Shown here piece after piece: positions 12,522 to 25,064 of a stretch of 64,000 nucleotides of DNA. A program made the position numbers and the translations under genes. Positions within the stretch are counted from its first letter, which is position 1. Every line of letters begins with the position of its first letter. Origin of the DNA: Geosiphon pyriformis uo1. Lineage: Eukaryota > Fungi > Glomeromycota. Below the pieces are notes generated by a model. It ran no database searches. It was not told where the DNA came from and saw nothing but the letters and a program-made list of their open reading frames with translations. The DNA lies in assembly GCA_016748015.1 (NCBI GenBank), contig JAAOMT010000470.1, positions 87,655 to 151,654 on the forward strand, in the 5' to 3' direction.

Positions 12522-13401
12522 GATCTTCATATAAAGTTCCAGGTAAAATTCTCGCAAATGGTTTTACTTTGTGATAAAAGTCAACTGAAGATATGTTAAA
12601 GAAGCGGATTAAAGGTAGAAGTCTTTCAATGGATTCCTTAATGGTGTTAAATTTTTCATCTGTCCAGTTAAAAACGTTTTTCATCTGAATATTGTTATCC
12701 AATTTAGCAGCTCCCCATTCCACAATCTTTTCCCATATTTCAGATTCTTCTATATTTAGATCATCCCGCTTTAAAATTGAGGAAAGTGCATTTTCACTAA
12801 GGGAGGTAAAATCTTGCGAGTTGAAGACTATAGCTGGATTGTTAGCAGCTATTTCGGTGCAGAATTTTTGTAACTTTTTGAAAGAATCATGCATGAATGA
12901 AGTTTTCTGCAAAGTGGCGAAATTTTTTTCTAGCTCTTTTGCATGGTGTTTAATTAAATAGTCTTCAAGGGGATCAATGAGATTCTCTAGAATAAGCTCG
13001 TCAGCGGTAACAAGCAATTCTAAAATGGTAGATACTCCATGTTTATCAAGAGAGATTTCGCCGTTATAAATATATCTGTGCAGGAAAATAAAACATATGA
13101 ATTTATGTTTGTCAAAATACTTTAAAGCAAATAAACACCCTTACCTGAGAATTATTTTAAAAATTTTAGGTGAAATGTTAGGTTTATCAAAGATAATGGT
13201 ATTGTTTTCCCTTTTAACCCAATTACTAGAGAGTGCTACAGTAAAATACGGTGATCTTGCTGCTAAAATTTGCGAATGAGCAAGGAAAGTTCTGCTATTA
13301 GGCGCTTCTCCAACAACAATCTTAACATCAGAGAAATTCTGGCTATCTAGTAAATTCCCGAAATCTTTGGATAAAGCGTGAAAGTGTTGTTGGGGTGACA
13401 T
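12522..13401 (-). CDS. BTB/POZ-BACK(-TLDc) protein, copy A; 3' part lost in gap
   Basis: Exon 1 13401-13145, GT-AG intron 13144-13076, exon 2 runs into gap; FSDVKIVVGE, AHSQILAARSPYF, LLPLIRFFNISS; paralog of 45564-47059. Confidence 0.92.
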
Positions 13402-14449
13402 TAGTAAAATATATAAAAAGCTTTGAAATATTAATATTTCGATCTGTAGTGTTTAAGCAAAGGCATTTTCACAAAATCAAATCAGCGCTGAATTTTATAC
13501 TACATGTAAAATATGATCGACGGGTGATCTCATATAAGTTCTGCCATATTAACTTTCAAATTTTTTTTCATTTTTAAACAAAAATTTAATAATATTAAAA
13601 TATAATATAATAATCGAAATTTCAAAACAAATAAAACAAGATTAAACAAAAAATTGTAATAAAAATTTTATTTAAATCGGGTGTTCACATTTTGTAGATA
13701 TTATTATATTTTTGTTATTTTTATAACAACAATGGCCAATTAGTTTTTTCTATAATTTGGCAACTTACGAACAATTTAACAATATATATTGAGAGTTTGA
13801 GAACTTGCCACTAGTTTGGCTAAAATTTGTGTCATTGCTATTTTTATTGCCAAATTATAGAATTGAATAAGTTTCTAAATACAATTTAACAAAATTGACT
13901 TTTGATTTAATAAATAATTATGCATGTATAGCTTTCACAATTTGTTTTAATAAAATTTAATAAAAATTTTATAAAATAAAAATGTTATGCCATTTAAATT
14001 CACATCATGCTTTAAAACTTTTATTAAATTAAAAAATAAGTATCTATATATTATCAAAAAAAAGAAATTACTAATTATTCGAATAAAAATACATTTTAAT
14101 TGAAGAAAAAATTACATACATAAAAGATAAAAATAACACCTCAATTAATTTGAACCAAAGTAATGCTTAATTTTTACACGATAAAAATTCTATTTAACGA
14201 TTAATTTAATTTCTTAACTTTAAAGGAGTTTGATTTGATTTTGTGTTCTAAATACATTGCCAAACCCCAGAAAACGATTGAATTAAATTCATATAAGTAA
14301 ATTTTAGTTTGAATAATAATATTTTTTTATTAAGTCCTACTCTCAAATATATTATAAATACATGATGTATTTTATTTCATTAAAATTGAACCAAGAATTG
14401 ATAAGATTTTAAAATTGCTAATTTTATCAGTGATTACGGAAAGATCAAC

Positions 14450-16600
14450 AGATATTCTGACCAATAAAATCAGAGTAATACATAACACGTGATTACAATC
14501 ACTCAAACCCGAATAATCATCATCTCCAAAGAACATCTGATAGAAAATTCAGTTTGAAAAAACCTCACATTGTTCTAGATAGAAAAATATTGAAAGATAA
14601 TGAAGAGAAAGATTGGAGGGGTAATAAAAAAAGATAATGAAAAAAATAGGAAAAGAGGATTATTGGATAAAGAAGAAATATTCGAAAAGTGATGAGAAAA
14701 GAGATTAAGGTGATGATAATGCTAGCAGTGGGATAATAAAATTAATTTAGAAGAAGAGACTAAAATTCAAGCTAAATTAATAGCAATCATATTCAATTTG
14801 GTATGGAATAAAAATTCAATATTTGAAAAAGAAAAAACATGGGCCTTATTTAACAAACACGACCAAAAATTAACATATTATGAAAAATATAGGCCAAACA
14901 GATCTTGGACAAAAGCAGTCAGTAATACTGCCAATATTAACTACAAGCAATATTGAATCTTTTTTTTACATGAAATTGATAGTAAATCAAATTCGGAAAC
15001 TTGCCAAAAAGCCAACTAAATTAAACAAAAAATAAAGCGATTATGCAATGAATTAGAATAAACACAAAAAAGTATATTAGTAAATAAATACAACAAAAGC
15101 AAGCAATTTTTAAATATTTTCAAAAATTAAATAAATATTAATTTAAAAGTTTTAACAATAATGTTTATTAATGATAAAGTTTGTTATGCATAACAAATTA
15201 AATATTTGGAAAAAATTAAATAGCTAATAATATATTGCCAATATAATATTAAAGAAAAAACAAGAAAATAATTAGATTATTTAATAATAAAAATATGGCT
15301 GCACAGTGCAAAAAATGGTTAAGAACACAAAATTTTACTATTACTTCAACAAAATTTATTAATAATATAATAATTGCAAAAAAAATCTATTACAATTAGA
15401 ACTCTATTATACTGGCTTAATAAATTAAGTTATAAATTCAACAATATTACCAAAAATTTTTTTATAAGATTATAAAAGACTAAATTTTATTAAATATTAG
15501 TAAGAGCTTTACATCAAATATAATTAAAATTTTCTCTATTTTTTAAGATAAACAGAAAAAACATATATTAATAATATATGATGAATGCATATTTTATTTT
15601 AATAATAACAAAAAGAAATTAAATAAAAAATTGGTAATAATGCGAAAAAAATAGAAAATTAATTATGTTTAATAAATTTCTTACAAAATTAAATAGAAAA
15701 TACAACTTAAACTTGCTAATATTTAAAATAATTTAACAATTTCAAAAAAAAGTATTGATATTTAAGCCAGAACAATATAATAAAGAATATTAAACTGTTA
15801 AAAAATTAATTAAACATTAAAACAAAAAGCAATTCCAATTTTTGAAATGTTTTATCCAAATTATATGGGCATTTTTGTTTTAATAACAGTTCAAATTATG
15901 CGCCATACCAAAAAATGCTTCAATAGCACAACAAATAAGTCTTAAACTTAGTAAAAAACCACCAAAAATACAGGATACATATTTTAAACCAAATAACTAA
16001 TACTAATTAATAGTATTTTTATCAAATTATTCTAATAGAAAATTAAGAAAACAATCTAAAAGAATGCATTAAGTTTTATTTAAAAGAGAAAAATTACCAG
16101 TTAAAAAATTTTGACTGAATACAAAAAATGCAAATGTTTTAAAACAAGATTTTTTAGCACAAAAAGTACAATTGCAAAAGTAATTGAAAAAACAAGATAC
16201 AAGTATATTTTTTATTCTAGATTTTATCGAAAAATACTAGAGAGCAGCCAAATATTGTGCCAGAGAAAATTGTGATTATTTATGGAGAAAATTGCAACAA
16301 ATTGTATCTTAAAGTCTTAAATCTGTGCTTTTAATTACCATTAAAAAATTTGCTAAAAAAACTTGGTGTTATATAAATCTTTATAAAAAAAATTTGTGGT
16401 AAACTTGTGCAATATGCAGTTAAAATATTATATGTTCGAAATAATACTAGCCAAATTGTTTGGAATATTAACTAATTTGCAATTAAACTTATTTTTTTAT
16501 TGTATTTAATAAAATATATTCAAAACATAAAAAATAACAATTTGATACATTTGAAAACTAAAAGTCTCTGAAAAACAGTTTTCAACTTATTATATAAAAA
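14450..16600 (+). mobile_element. Degenerate IS630/Tc1-superfamily DDE transposon
   Basis: Remnants KAIPIFEMFYP, NNSSNYA, QDFLAQK, ARENCDYLW, IKKFAKKTWCY; same family as the transposase at 51.8-60.7 kb; boundaries approximate. Confidence 0.75.
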
Positions 16601-17339
16601 AATCTACTAAATATAATTGATTAATTAAAGATTTATATTAATACAAATATATGTATTAATTTTAATATACTTGTAATTATTTATTTTATACTTTTTTAAA
16701 ATATATTATATATATTTAAAAATAACAATTTATATAACTTTTTTTTATGTTATTGTTATCAGTTAAAGTAATAAACTAACAGATAGCAAAAAAAACAAGT
16801 ATTATATAGTGAGAAATTAATTAACTAAATTTTTTTCTAGTTATAATTTCATTATTTTAAATTATTTTTCATAATTAAATATTTTTATATTTAATTAGCT
16901 ATCTAATTAATTATATTTTTTTACTTATATTATAAATTAGAGTATTCAATATTATTTAATATAAATTTTTTAATTTGATCAAAATTAATAATAAAATAAC
17001 AAAATATACCATTTAAAAAATATAATATAAAAGATATCTAATGATAACAATAGAAAGTTTTTTAAAAGTACAAAAGTAATAAAAAAACAAAATTTAATTT
17101 TTAAAACATAAAAACCATTTTTAAAATATATAATTTATATTAATATTTTTTTAAAAGTCTTATAAAACAATTAAGTTTGTGGATAAAAAAGTTTTTTTTT
17201 TTTTACCAAATGTGTTGCTTTTTAAATTTTGACATTATCTGTTTATTTTAAATATTAAAAGATAAATTATAATAATTACAATATGTGAAAAACGATAAAT
17301 TATTTATGTTCAATAAGAAAATTAAAATTTTTATTTATA

Positions 17340-19037
17340 TGGAAGCTAATTCTCTTGTTTCTTGTTATTTAACTAGTGACTATGTTGTTTGAATGTGGAA
17401 CCAAATCAAGTCGAGTAGCTAAATTAAAATTTTAATATTATTGACCTCATTACCAAGCCCGTTAAGGGAATAAATTTATAGAGAAATGTTTTATGTTAAA
17501 AAACGACTTGATCGAAAATAATTTTGTATACAATTAAGTATGAAAATGCTCATTTATTTTAAAAGTATCTGAAATATAAATTGTGGAATTTTCTCAATGA
17601 AAAAATTACAAGCACTATCCTAAAAGATTAAATCTTCACATTTTTTTTGTTATTTTCCATAAGTATGATGTCAACTTTAATGTCGACTAGAATTAATGTG
17701 AAAAATGACTGCAAAATTATTACGCTAAATTATTAATATTTAAATATCATTATTTAAAATAATAATAATTGCTGTAATATAACTATGAAAAGATATATAA
17801 AATATTTTGAGATCATTCTTTGTAATCATAGCAATTGTAATTAACTTGAATTTATTTTCTTCCAAGAATTAGCTAACTAATAATAATAATAATAGATAGC
17901 ATTTGATTTCATAAAAATTATATGCCAAAGATCAAAATACATTCACTCATTTTGCTAAATTTCTTTCAACTGGAATGATTAAAGCTAATTAATCTTCAAG
18001 TATCTCAAAAATTCACTCTTTCTTGATTAAAGCGCAAATAGTAGCTTAAATTATTTTAAGCAAATGAGTGAATGAATGAATCAACATATAATTAATCTTT
18101 AAAAATTAAAGTTCTCAGAAAGCCAAAAGTGAAAAAGATGTATCTGTTTTAAATTGCCAGATATTGCTACAGATTTCCCAATGGCTTCTTTATACTCTGA
18201 ATCATTTACAAATTATTGTCGAGGACAAAAAAATTTTTTATTCGGTTGATTTGAATATGCTTTCTATTACTGTTCTACTATAACGGCTTTTTTTATCCAA
18301 ATCCACAAGACTATTGTTTTTGGATGATGAGATTGTATTGGAATAAGTAATGTTTATTTCGTGCAGCCCCAATAGTATTATCATGTTATGATAAGCAGAA
18401 TTAAAATTTCGATAAAAAAGCATTTTCATATCCAGTGTCTGTTCAAATAAAAAATTAATAATTAACATAAAAATCTACCAAAAACAACATTCTATTAAAT
18501 TTTACTTTGTTTTGAGAGATGTAGTATATTTTTGAAATATATTGTAACATAGTTCTCCTCTAATGCAACAGCAAAGAAAGTATTATTTGATAAGATAATC
18601 TATAAAAAATTTGGTCACATTACTTTATATTTGTTATTTCCTTATTATCTGATCTCTTAGTTAAAGTCAATTTTCTACTATAAGGCGGTGAAAGTGTAAA
18701 ATTTGACTGATAAAATTCTGTTTTTAATATTGCTCCACTTTGGAGAAAATCATATTCCAAATTCTCTTTTCGTTTGCAATAAAGAATAATATTTAACCCA
18801 AGTCATTCGCTTGTTATAATTTTCAAATTATTTGCATCATATTGATCGAGTAGAAAATGAGAGCCAAAATGAGCTGTTTCTGGCTCCCAAAATGGGACAT
18901 TTACTCAATATATTGTCATGTTTGTACAAAAAAATTATTAACAATTTATCCACATTCAAAGCCTTCTTCAATTGTGGGAAATCCGAATTGCAATTTTGAT
19001 TTATTGAACTCTTACTAATTGAGATAAAAAAACCCAT
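17340..19037 (-). pseudogene. Deleted/frameshifted paralog of the 31.7-35.0 kb membrane-protein gene
   Basis: Colinear blocks: 18130-18480 with 33230-33660, 17780-17880 with 32500-32590, 17670-17735 with 32340-32410, 17340-17470 with 31650-31810; start MGFF vs MEFF. Confidence 0.8.
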
Positions 19038-19544
19038 AACAAAATAAATAATAGTGTAATGATTAAAAAAACGGTTGAAAAAAAAGGTACTTTTCTTTGA
19101 ATCTTTTATTATGGGAAATCTTAAAGTCTAAAATATATTTAAGACTACATCCATATAATCCTGGCTATTTTTTAAATGAAAAAGATCGCTATCAAATTTC
19201 AAAATATTGATTACCCTTGAATATTACCTTTTGAAGTTATCTAGGGCCCGGGTTAGAATTTATGAAAATTGGCCAAATTAATTAGATTGAATCAATCAAC
19301 TAACTAAAAATGGAAATATAACTGTTTGATATTAACATTAAAGGATTAAATCCAGTCCACCCTCAATTTAGATATAATTTTAACCATTCAAACATTTTCT
19401 AAGGTGAAAATATTAAAAATAATAATTATTCATTTTAGTTATTTAAAACAATTGTTTTTATTTATATTTAAAAAAATTGAATATCAATATTTATTACAAA
19501 ATAAAAATAAAAAAAATTTATGCTCATTTCTAATAAATTATATA

Positions 19545-20490
19545 GAGTGGGTGACAAAAAACTTAAAGTCCATGTGATAAGCTTCATTTCTATTATTTCC
19601 AAAGTGGCATCTTTCTTTACAATTCACATTAAAAATGAATTTGTAGGTTAAATAATGTAGCAAGCAAAAGCTGATCTTTTCCTAAAGTGATGGTGAACGT
19701 TTTATTCCCAAAATCACTATGATATAATGGTCGTCATAAGAAAATTACGGGGCATGTATCGAGAAAAGTAGATCTTTGTTTCTGCAAAAAATCGCTACTA
19801 AACTAGATACAGATGGAGTAGAAATTTCATATCGCACAATTGGCAAACATTTAAAATCACTTGGATATAAATGAATTACTACGCCAAAGTTCAAAAGCAA
19901 TATGGGCCAAATTCATTTTAAAAACCCCTTATTTTCGGATAAAACAGCATTTCCCGAAACACTATTGACCCTTAGTACAAGAGAAAACGGTCAATTCGTC
20001 CAAAGACCAAAAGATTGTACAAAAATATTTGCATGGGGGAGCTTTTGTATAAATAGAAAATCTAGCCTATATTGTTTTCAGCGTATCATGGATGCGAAGT
20101 TTTATATTGAAATTTTGTCTAACCATACAAATTAAGTAGCTAAGGCGTTTCTTGCAGAAAATGTACCCAAAGTTATTGAATGGCCGTTGTGTATTCCGAT
20201 CTAAATTCTATTGAAAATCTTTGGAAAATGGTTAAACATGAAGTAGAAAAAACAAATGATGCAAAATATGAATGATTTAGAGCGATATATGGTTAAAGAA
20301 TGGAGTTCTTTGCCAATCAATTAAGTAAATTCAATGTCACGGCGTTACGAGTTGATTATCGAGAGTAAAGGCGAATAATTGCGCATTAAATTTTATATTC
20401 ATAAAATAAGTGGCTTTTAGCCTTTCTAACAACATACGAATCCGTGTTTGATCTTGGTAGAACTGTGATCCTTTAATTTTTTGGATTTTT
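19545..20490 (+). mobile_element. Tc1-like transposon remnant
   Basis: KIFAWGSFC, IMDAKFYIEIL, VIEWP, DLNSIENLWKMVK; internal deletions; TIRs not convincing. Confidence 0.8.
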
Positions 20491-21551
20491 TTCGGTCCTT
20501 ATATCTTTAATTTTTCCTTTTTATCTGATAAAACTAGATAAAAAATGTTATTTTCAACGAGAAATATTTATTTATTCTATTTCAGTAACCGGGAAAACTA
20601 ATTAAAATTAATTATATTTTCACTCGATTAAAGGTAATATCATTGCAAATTCTTCGCTCATTATTATTTTGTTGCCATTTTCAATACAAAATAAAGCTGC
20701 TTTTATATTTAAATTTAAATCATTTCTCATACTATTTAACAACTCCGAAAAAGATAATTGCTTGAACAAATTTATGAAATGACAGGGTTCTAAGATAGAA
20801 AAAATTATAGAAATATAGAAGAGCTCAAGATGTTTATATAACTAGCTCTAATTATCTTTTCATGGAATAGGAATATTATTTTAAATAAAAAATTAGCTTA
20901 ATATAATTATGATGTTTTAAAATTTTATAAAGTAATATAAAATTAGTTAGAGAAAAGAAATATATATACAAGAAGCTTCTTTGGATTAATGAAATAGATG
21001 ATAATAAAATACAAATAGAGGAGATTTTAATTTATATTCTATTTCAATAAAAATATTAAGCTGACACATAGTTCTATAAAGTTTAAATTAAAGAGATTTC
21101 ACTGGGTCTTTCTTTACAGTTTTCATCTATTGAATTACCTATCTTACAATATAAACAATTAATTTTACAAAAATCAAATAATATAATTTAAAAACAGAAA
21201 TTCTGACATATTAAATTCTGCTAAAAATATCTTTAAAACTAACCAAGCCAAAAGCTCACCTTTGCCGTCTTTTTTCAGTGTAAAAGAGAGAAAAATTGAC
21301 GTTTAAAGATAATTCCGGACGATCTGTACCCGTTTAAGCAATCTAAAGAGGTATGTGGTTTCGGGGCGTTTCAGATTTCTTAAAGGTTTAACCGAGTTTA
21401 AATTAATATTGTTACAATAGTAAATAAATACAAATTTAAAAATAGAATTAGCGTTTTTTTAAATTTTTTATAAAAGGTACTTAATTGCAAACTTTTAACT
21501 TAAAAGTTCAATTACATTCAACTAATATAATATTCAAAGAAATTTTTTATA

Positions 21552-23525
21552 ATGTTTAAAAAGTTGTCCACGATTTTTATAAAGATATGGATGATTTCGT
21601 CGATTGTAAGTTTGACAGCCGAGAGTGTTGATGTATCATATCAACGATGGTTTGTCTTATTTTTTTTAAATCAATTTTTCCCAAGATTAATCAATTTAAT
21701 ATGACTTGACTTTATTTTAAACCTCTAAAGTTGCCATTCTGCTACGTTAATTGATAAAACGTAAGTTTAACTTAGTTTATTTCACAAAAATGTGGAACTC
21801 TTATTTGATTCTATTCCCTAAGTTTTTTTTCTCTTTCACTCTCTAGTCTTTATTTATACGGTGGAAAAACTGATTTCGGAAAGAAATTAGTAGACAATAC
21901 AACAGATAGTAACGACCTCTGGACCTTAGATATAACACAATCATTCGATGTTTTCTCACCACCGTGGAAAAAAGTCGAGTCTTCAAATCTTGCACCAAAA
22001 GTAGCTCGACATTCAGCAACATATGGTGGAAAAAATAATGAAATTTTAGTTATATTTGGAGGTGAAACAGGGACTAGCCCAATGCCTGAAAATTCTTTAT
22101 TTTATTTCAATACCACTTCATCAGAATGGTCAAATCCAGATACGACTATAATTGATAAATCAGACTCACCATCTGTGCGTCGTCTTGCACATGTATCTAC
22201 AACAAGCATAAATAACTCAATGATATATTTTTTTGGTGGTCAACGTTATAATAATTATCAGTATGCAGAATTGTATCAAGAAATTGCTCAACTCGATACA
22301 ATTAAAAATACCTGGTCTTTTGCTTATACTTCTAAATCGTCTAATTTGCTCTATGGAAGAATAGGACATTCTGCAACCCTATTAAGAGATGGAAAAATTT
22401 ATGTTATTGGAGGTTATAACAACGGTGACTATAAATTAATCCCTATGGAGAATGTTGATATTTTTGATACTAAGAATTTATTGTGGTCGAGTCAGGTACT
22501 GGATATGAAGAAATTTCATGAATATACATAAAGTTTTCATTTTCTCAAATTTGTTTTTAACAATTTTAGAAGGTTGATGGAGATATCCCACTACCTCGTA
22601 GATTTCATGCAGCTGTTGCAAGTAAGCAGTTTAAAAACCTGATTCCCTTATTTTTTGACATTTCAGTCATTTAATTATAGAAAACTTTGAAAATCTTTTT
22701 TATAGATTCGAATAGCACGTCTATAATAATATTTGGTGGTGCAGATGTTTATTTATTAAACTGCTACAATGATCTTTATACTCTAGACACATTAACTTCA
22801 CCAATGAAATGGTCTTTTCAATCAATGAAAGGAAAAATACCTGGTGGAAGATCTGATTTCAGTATGACATTGGTGGGTACTAATATCATTCTTTTGCATG
22901 GTAAGTAAAAATAAATTAATACTTTGTTTTTTGGAAATTTATTTTTTCCAATTCTAATTATGCTTCTTTTTCATGAATATCTTTTTAAAAAAAAAAGGAT
23001 ATGTGGTAAGCATCTAAATTTTCCACTGTTTTCCAAATAATTAGATATTTAATATGATTTTTTTTACCTAAATTTAAACTTAAGCCTAATCCTACCACAG
23101 CACAATATTTTTTCGTCTTGGATACGACAACTTGGGTCTGGGAAACTTCATATACACCAAAAAACCTAGAATTGACATGGCCACCATTTAAATCTTTGCT
23201 CACGCCAAACTCTACGTCAAATTCTACATCAAACTCTACGTCTCAAAACGCAAATTCATCAAAAAATATTCCTCCTTCATCATCAACAGCAAAAAATAAA
23301 GTTATAATAATAGCGTTGTCAATCGCAGCAGTAGTGATAATAATTTTTACATTAATTGGGATATTTTATTTCTTTATAATTCGAAAACCCCATCGTTCCA
23401 CCCTACCTACAAACCTCGATCATTCCTATGTTGATCACAATTCGGCACATCAACCACTTTCGGATCGCACACAGACGGGCAGGGACCGAGTATCTGCACA
23501 TGAAATTCGAAATAATAATAAATAG
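21552..23525 (+). CDS. Kelch-repeat (galactose-oxidase-like beta-propeller) type-I membrane protein, copy A, about 490 aa
   Basis: Seven exons joined in frame via GT-AG: 21552-21649, 21731-21760, 21847-22495, 22570-22621, 22706-22900, 22998-23005, 23085-23525; signal-like N-terminus; repeated HSAT/YxxGG/W kelch motifs; S/T/N-rich stalk; TM helix; short tail. Confidence 0.9.
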
Positions 23526-24599
23526 CACTTTTGAGGAATAGATTCTGTATTCAGAAGATAGAATTTCATCACTAATATAGAAATACATTCACACGATGAT
23601 GAATAATATTCTTGTTCAATATTAGTCTCCACATAATTTACTTATCCTAATAAGTAGCTTAAAATTACAGGTAGCCATGCAGTTAGTACCAATATGGCAT
23701 TAAAAATTTTAGAGAATGTTAAAAGTTTTTTGCCTTAATAAAATTAACTAGTATTTTTGAAGTAAAAAAGAACAAGTTTATATAAAAGATTATTTTAATT
23801 AATAACCTCACTAAACTGCTTAATAATTATACATGATAAAATTTTAATGATCTGTAATTTTCATTTTAACACACTATTAGCCCCTGATAAATGTAATATC
23901 AATATTTCAAAATTCTATAATCGTAAAAGATAAAAAGCTCATTGATACATAAAAATCATTAGTATTTTATTTATACACATCAGTTTTTTACGAAAAATTT
24001 AATCACCTACATCATTTATATATCTGTAAGGATAGATATGGATTCAAGATAAATTTTATTTAGAATATAAAGTTTATCATATAATACTGAAATCTCGAGA
24101 TTTGATTGAATATTATAGAAAATCACATTCTAATATTCAACACTTTTTTGGTCATTCTTTTGAACACTTAATGAATAAAAATAATTGATGTAACTAAAAA
24201 ATGATAATATGACTGAAAAATTAAAGCAAGTAAAAAATATTTTGATAATTTTCTTAAAAACATGATTAACAATTGCAGATAGTGATATTTTTTTAAAAAG
24301 TGTCAATTTTTAGAAAAAAAGGCTTTTAGTTGGTTTGTGTATTTTTTATAGAATTGACTATTAAATTTGCACAATTGATAAAATTTTTACCAGACTTAAA
24401 ATATTTAATAATGTTATAGCTTATTTAATCCATCAAATAATAAAGTTTAACTTGAAAAGGTTAAAAATAAAATATTTGACCAATTTTGATTATTGGAATA
24501 ATAACAAGTGCTAATGGTAAATTTTGACGTAGAAAAATAATAATTTAATCATATATTACAATTTTATTACATAATTACAGCTGCAAAATTTGTTGATTT

Positions 24600-25031
24600 A
24601 AAATATTTTTATTATTAAATTTAAAATAATAATTTGTTTGAAAAGAACAAATTAAATTGTAAATAAATTCTGCCATGTATAATAATAATTAATTATGCAT
24701 CTAAATATTATCTGAAATTTAGAAACTATAATAAAAAAAATTTTTTTAAGTAATAAATTTGAATTGATTATAATTATTTTTAAAGTTGGTTGGTTTATTA
24801 AGTTTAATTAATTATTTAAAAATATTAAAAACTAAATTTTTAACTAGCAATTATATTTTATTTTTTTTAATAGTTTTATATCTATAAAGTAATAAAAAAA
24901 ACTTGCAATTTCAACTAATTTCAATTAATTATTGTTATTTTTGTTAACTTAATATTCAACATATTTTAAAAGAACATCTGATTTTTTGTTTTATAATAAG
25001 TTTTACAATTTATTATAAACTTAAGGCTTTA

Positions 25032-25064
<33 letters not shown>

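Noticed and set aside
11724-12557. Long ORFs through N runs (also 47842-48162, 41312-41524)
   Set aside because: Gap artefacts
12692-12961. Antisense ORFs over BTB, kelch, Sel1 and LINE coding regions (e.g. 45895-46272, 35242-35466, 53945-54467)
   Set aside because: Shadows of the real frame on the other strand
19541-20500. TIRs for the Tc1 relic
   Set aside because: Only a weak partial match near 20471
23971-23981. TTATACACATC partial mosaic-end match
   Set aside because: Only 11 bp in AT-rich DNA; likely chance
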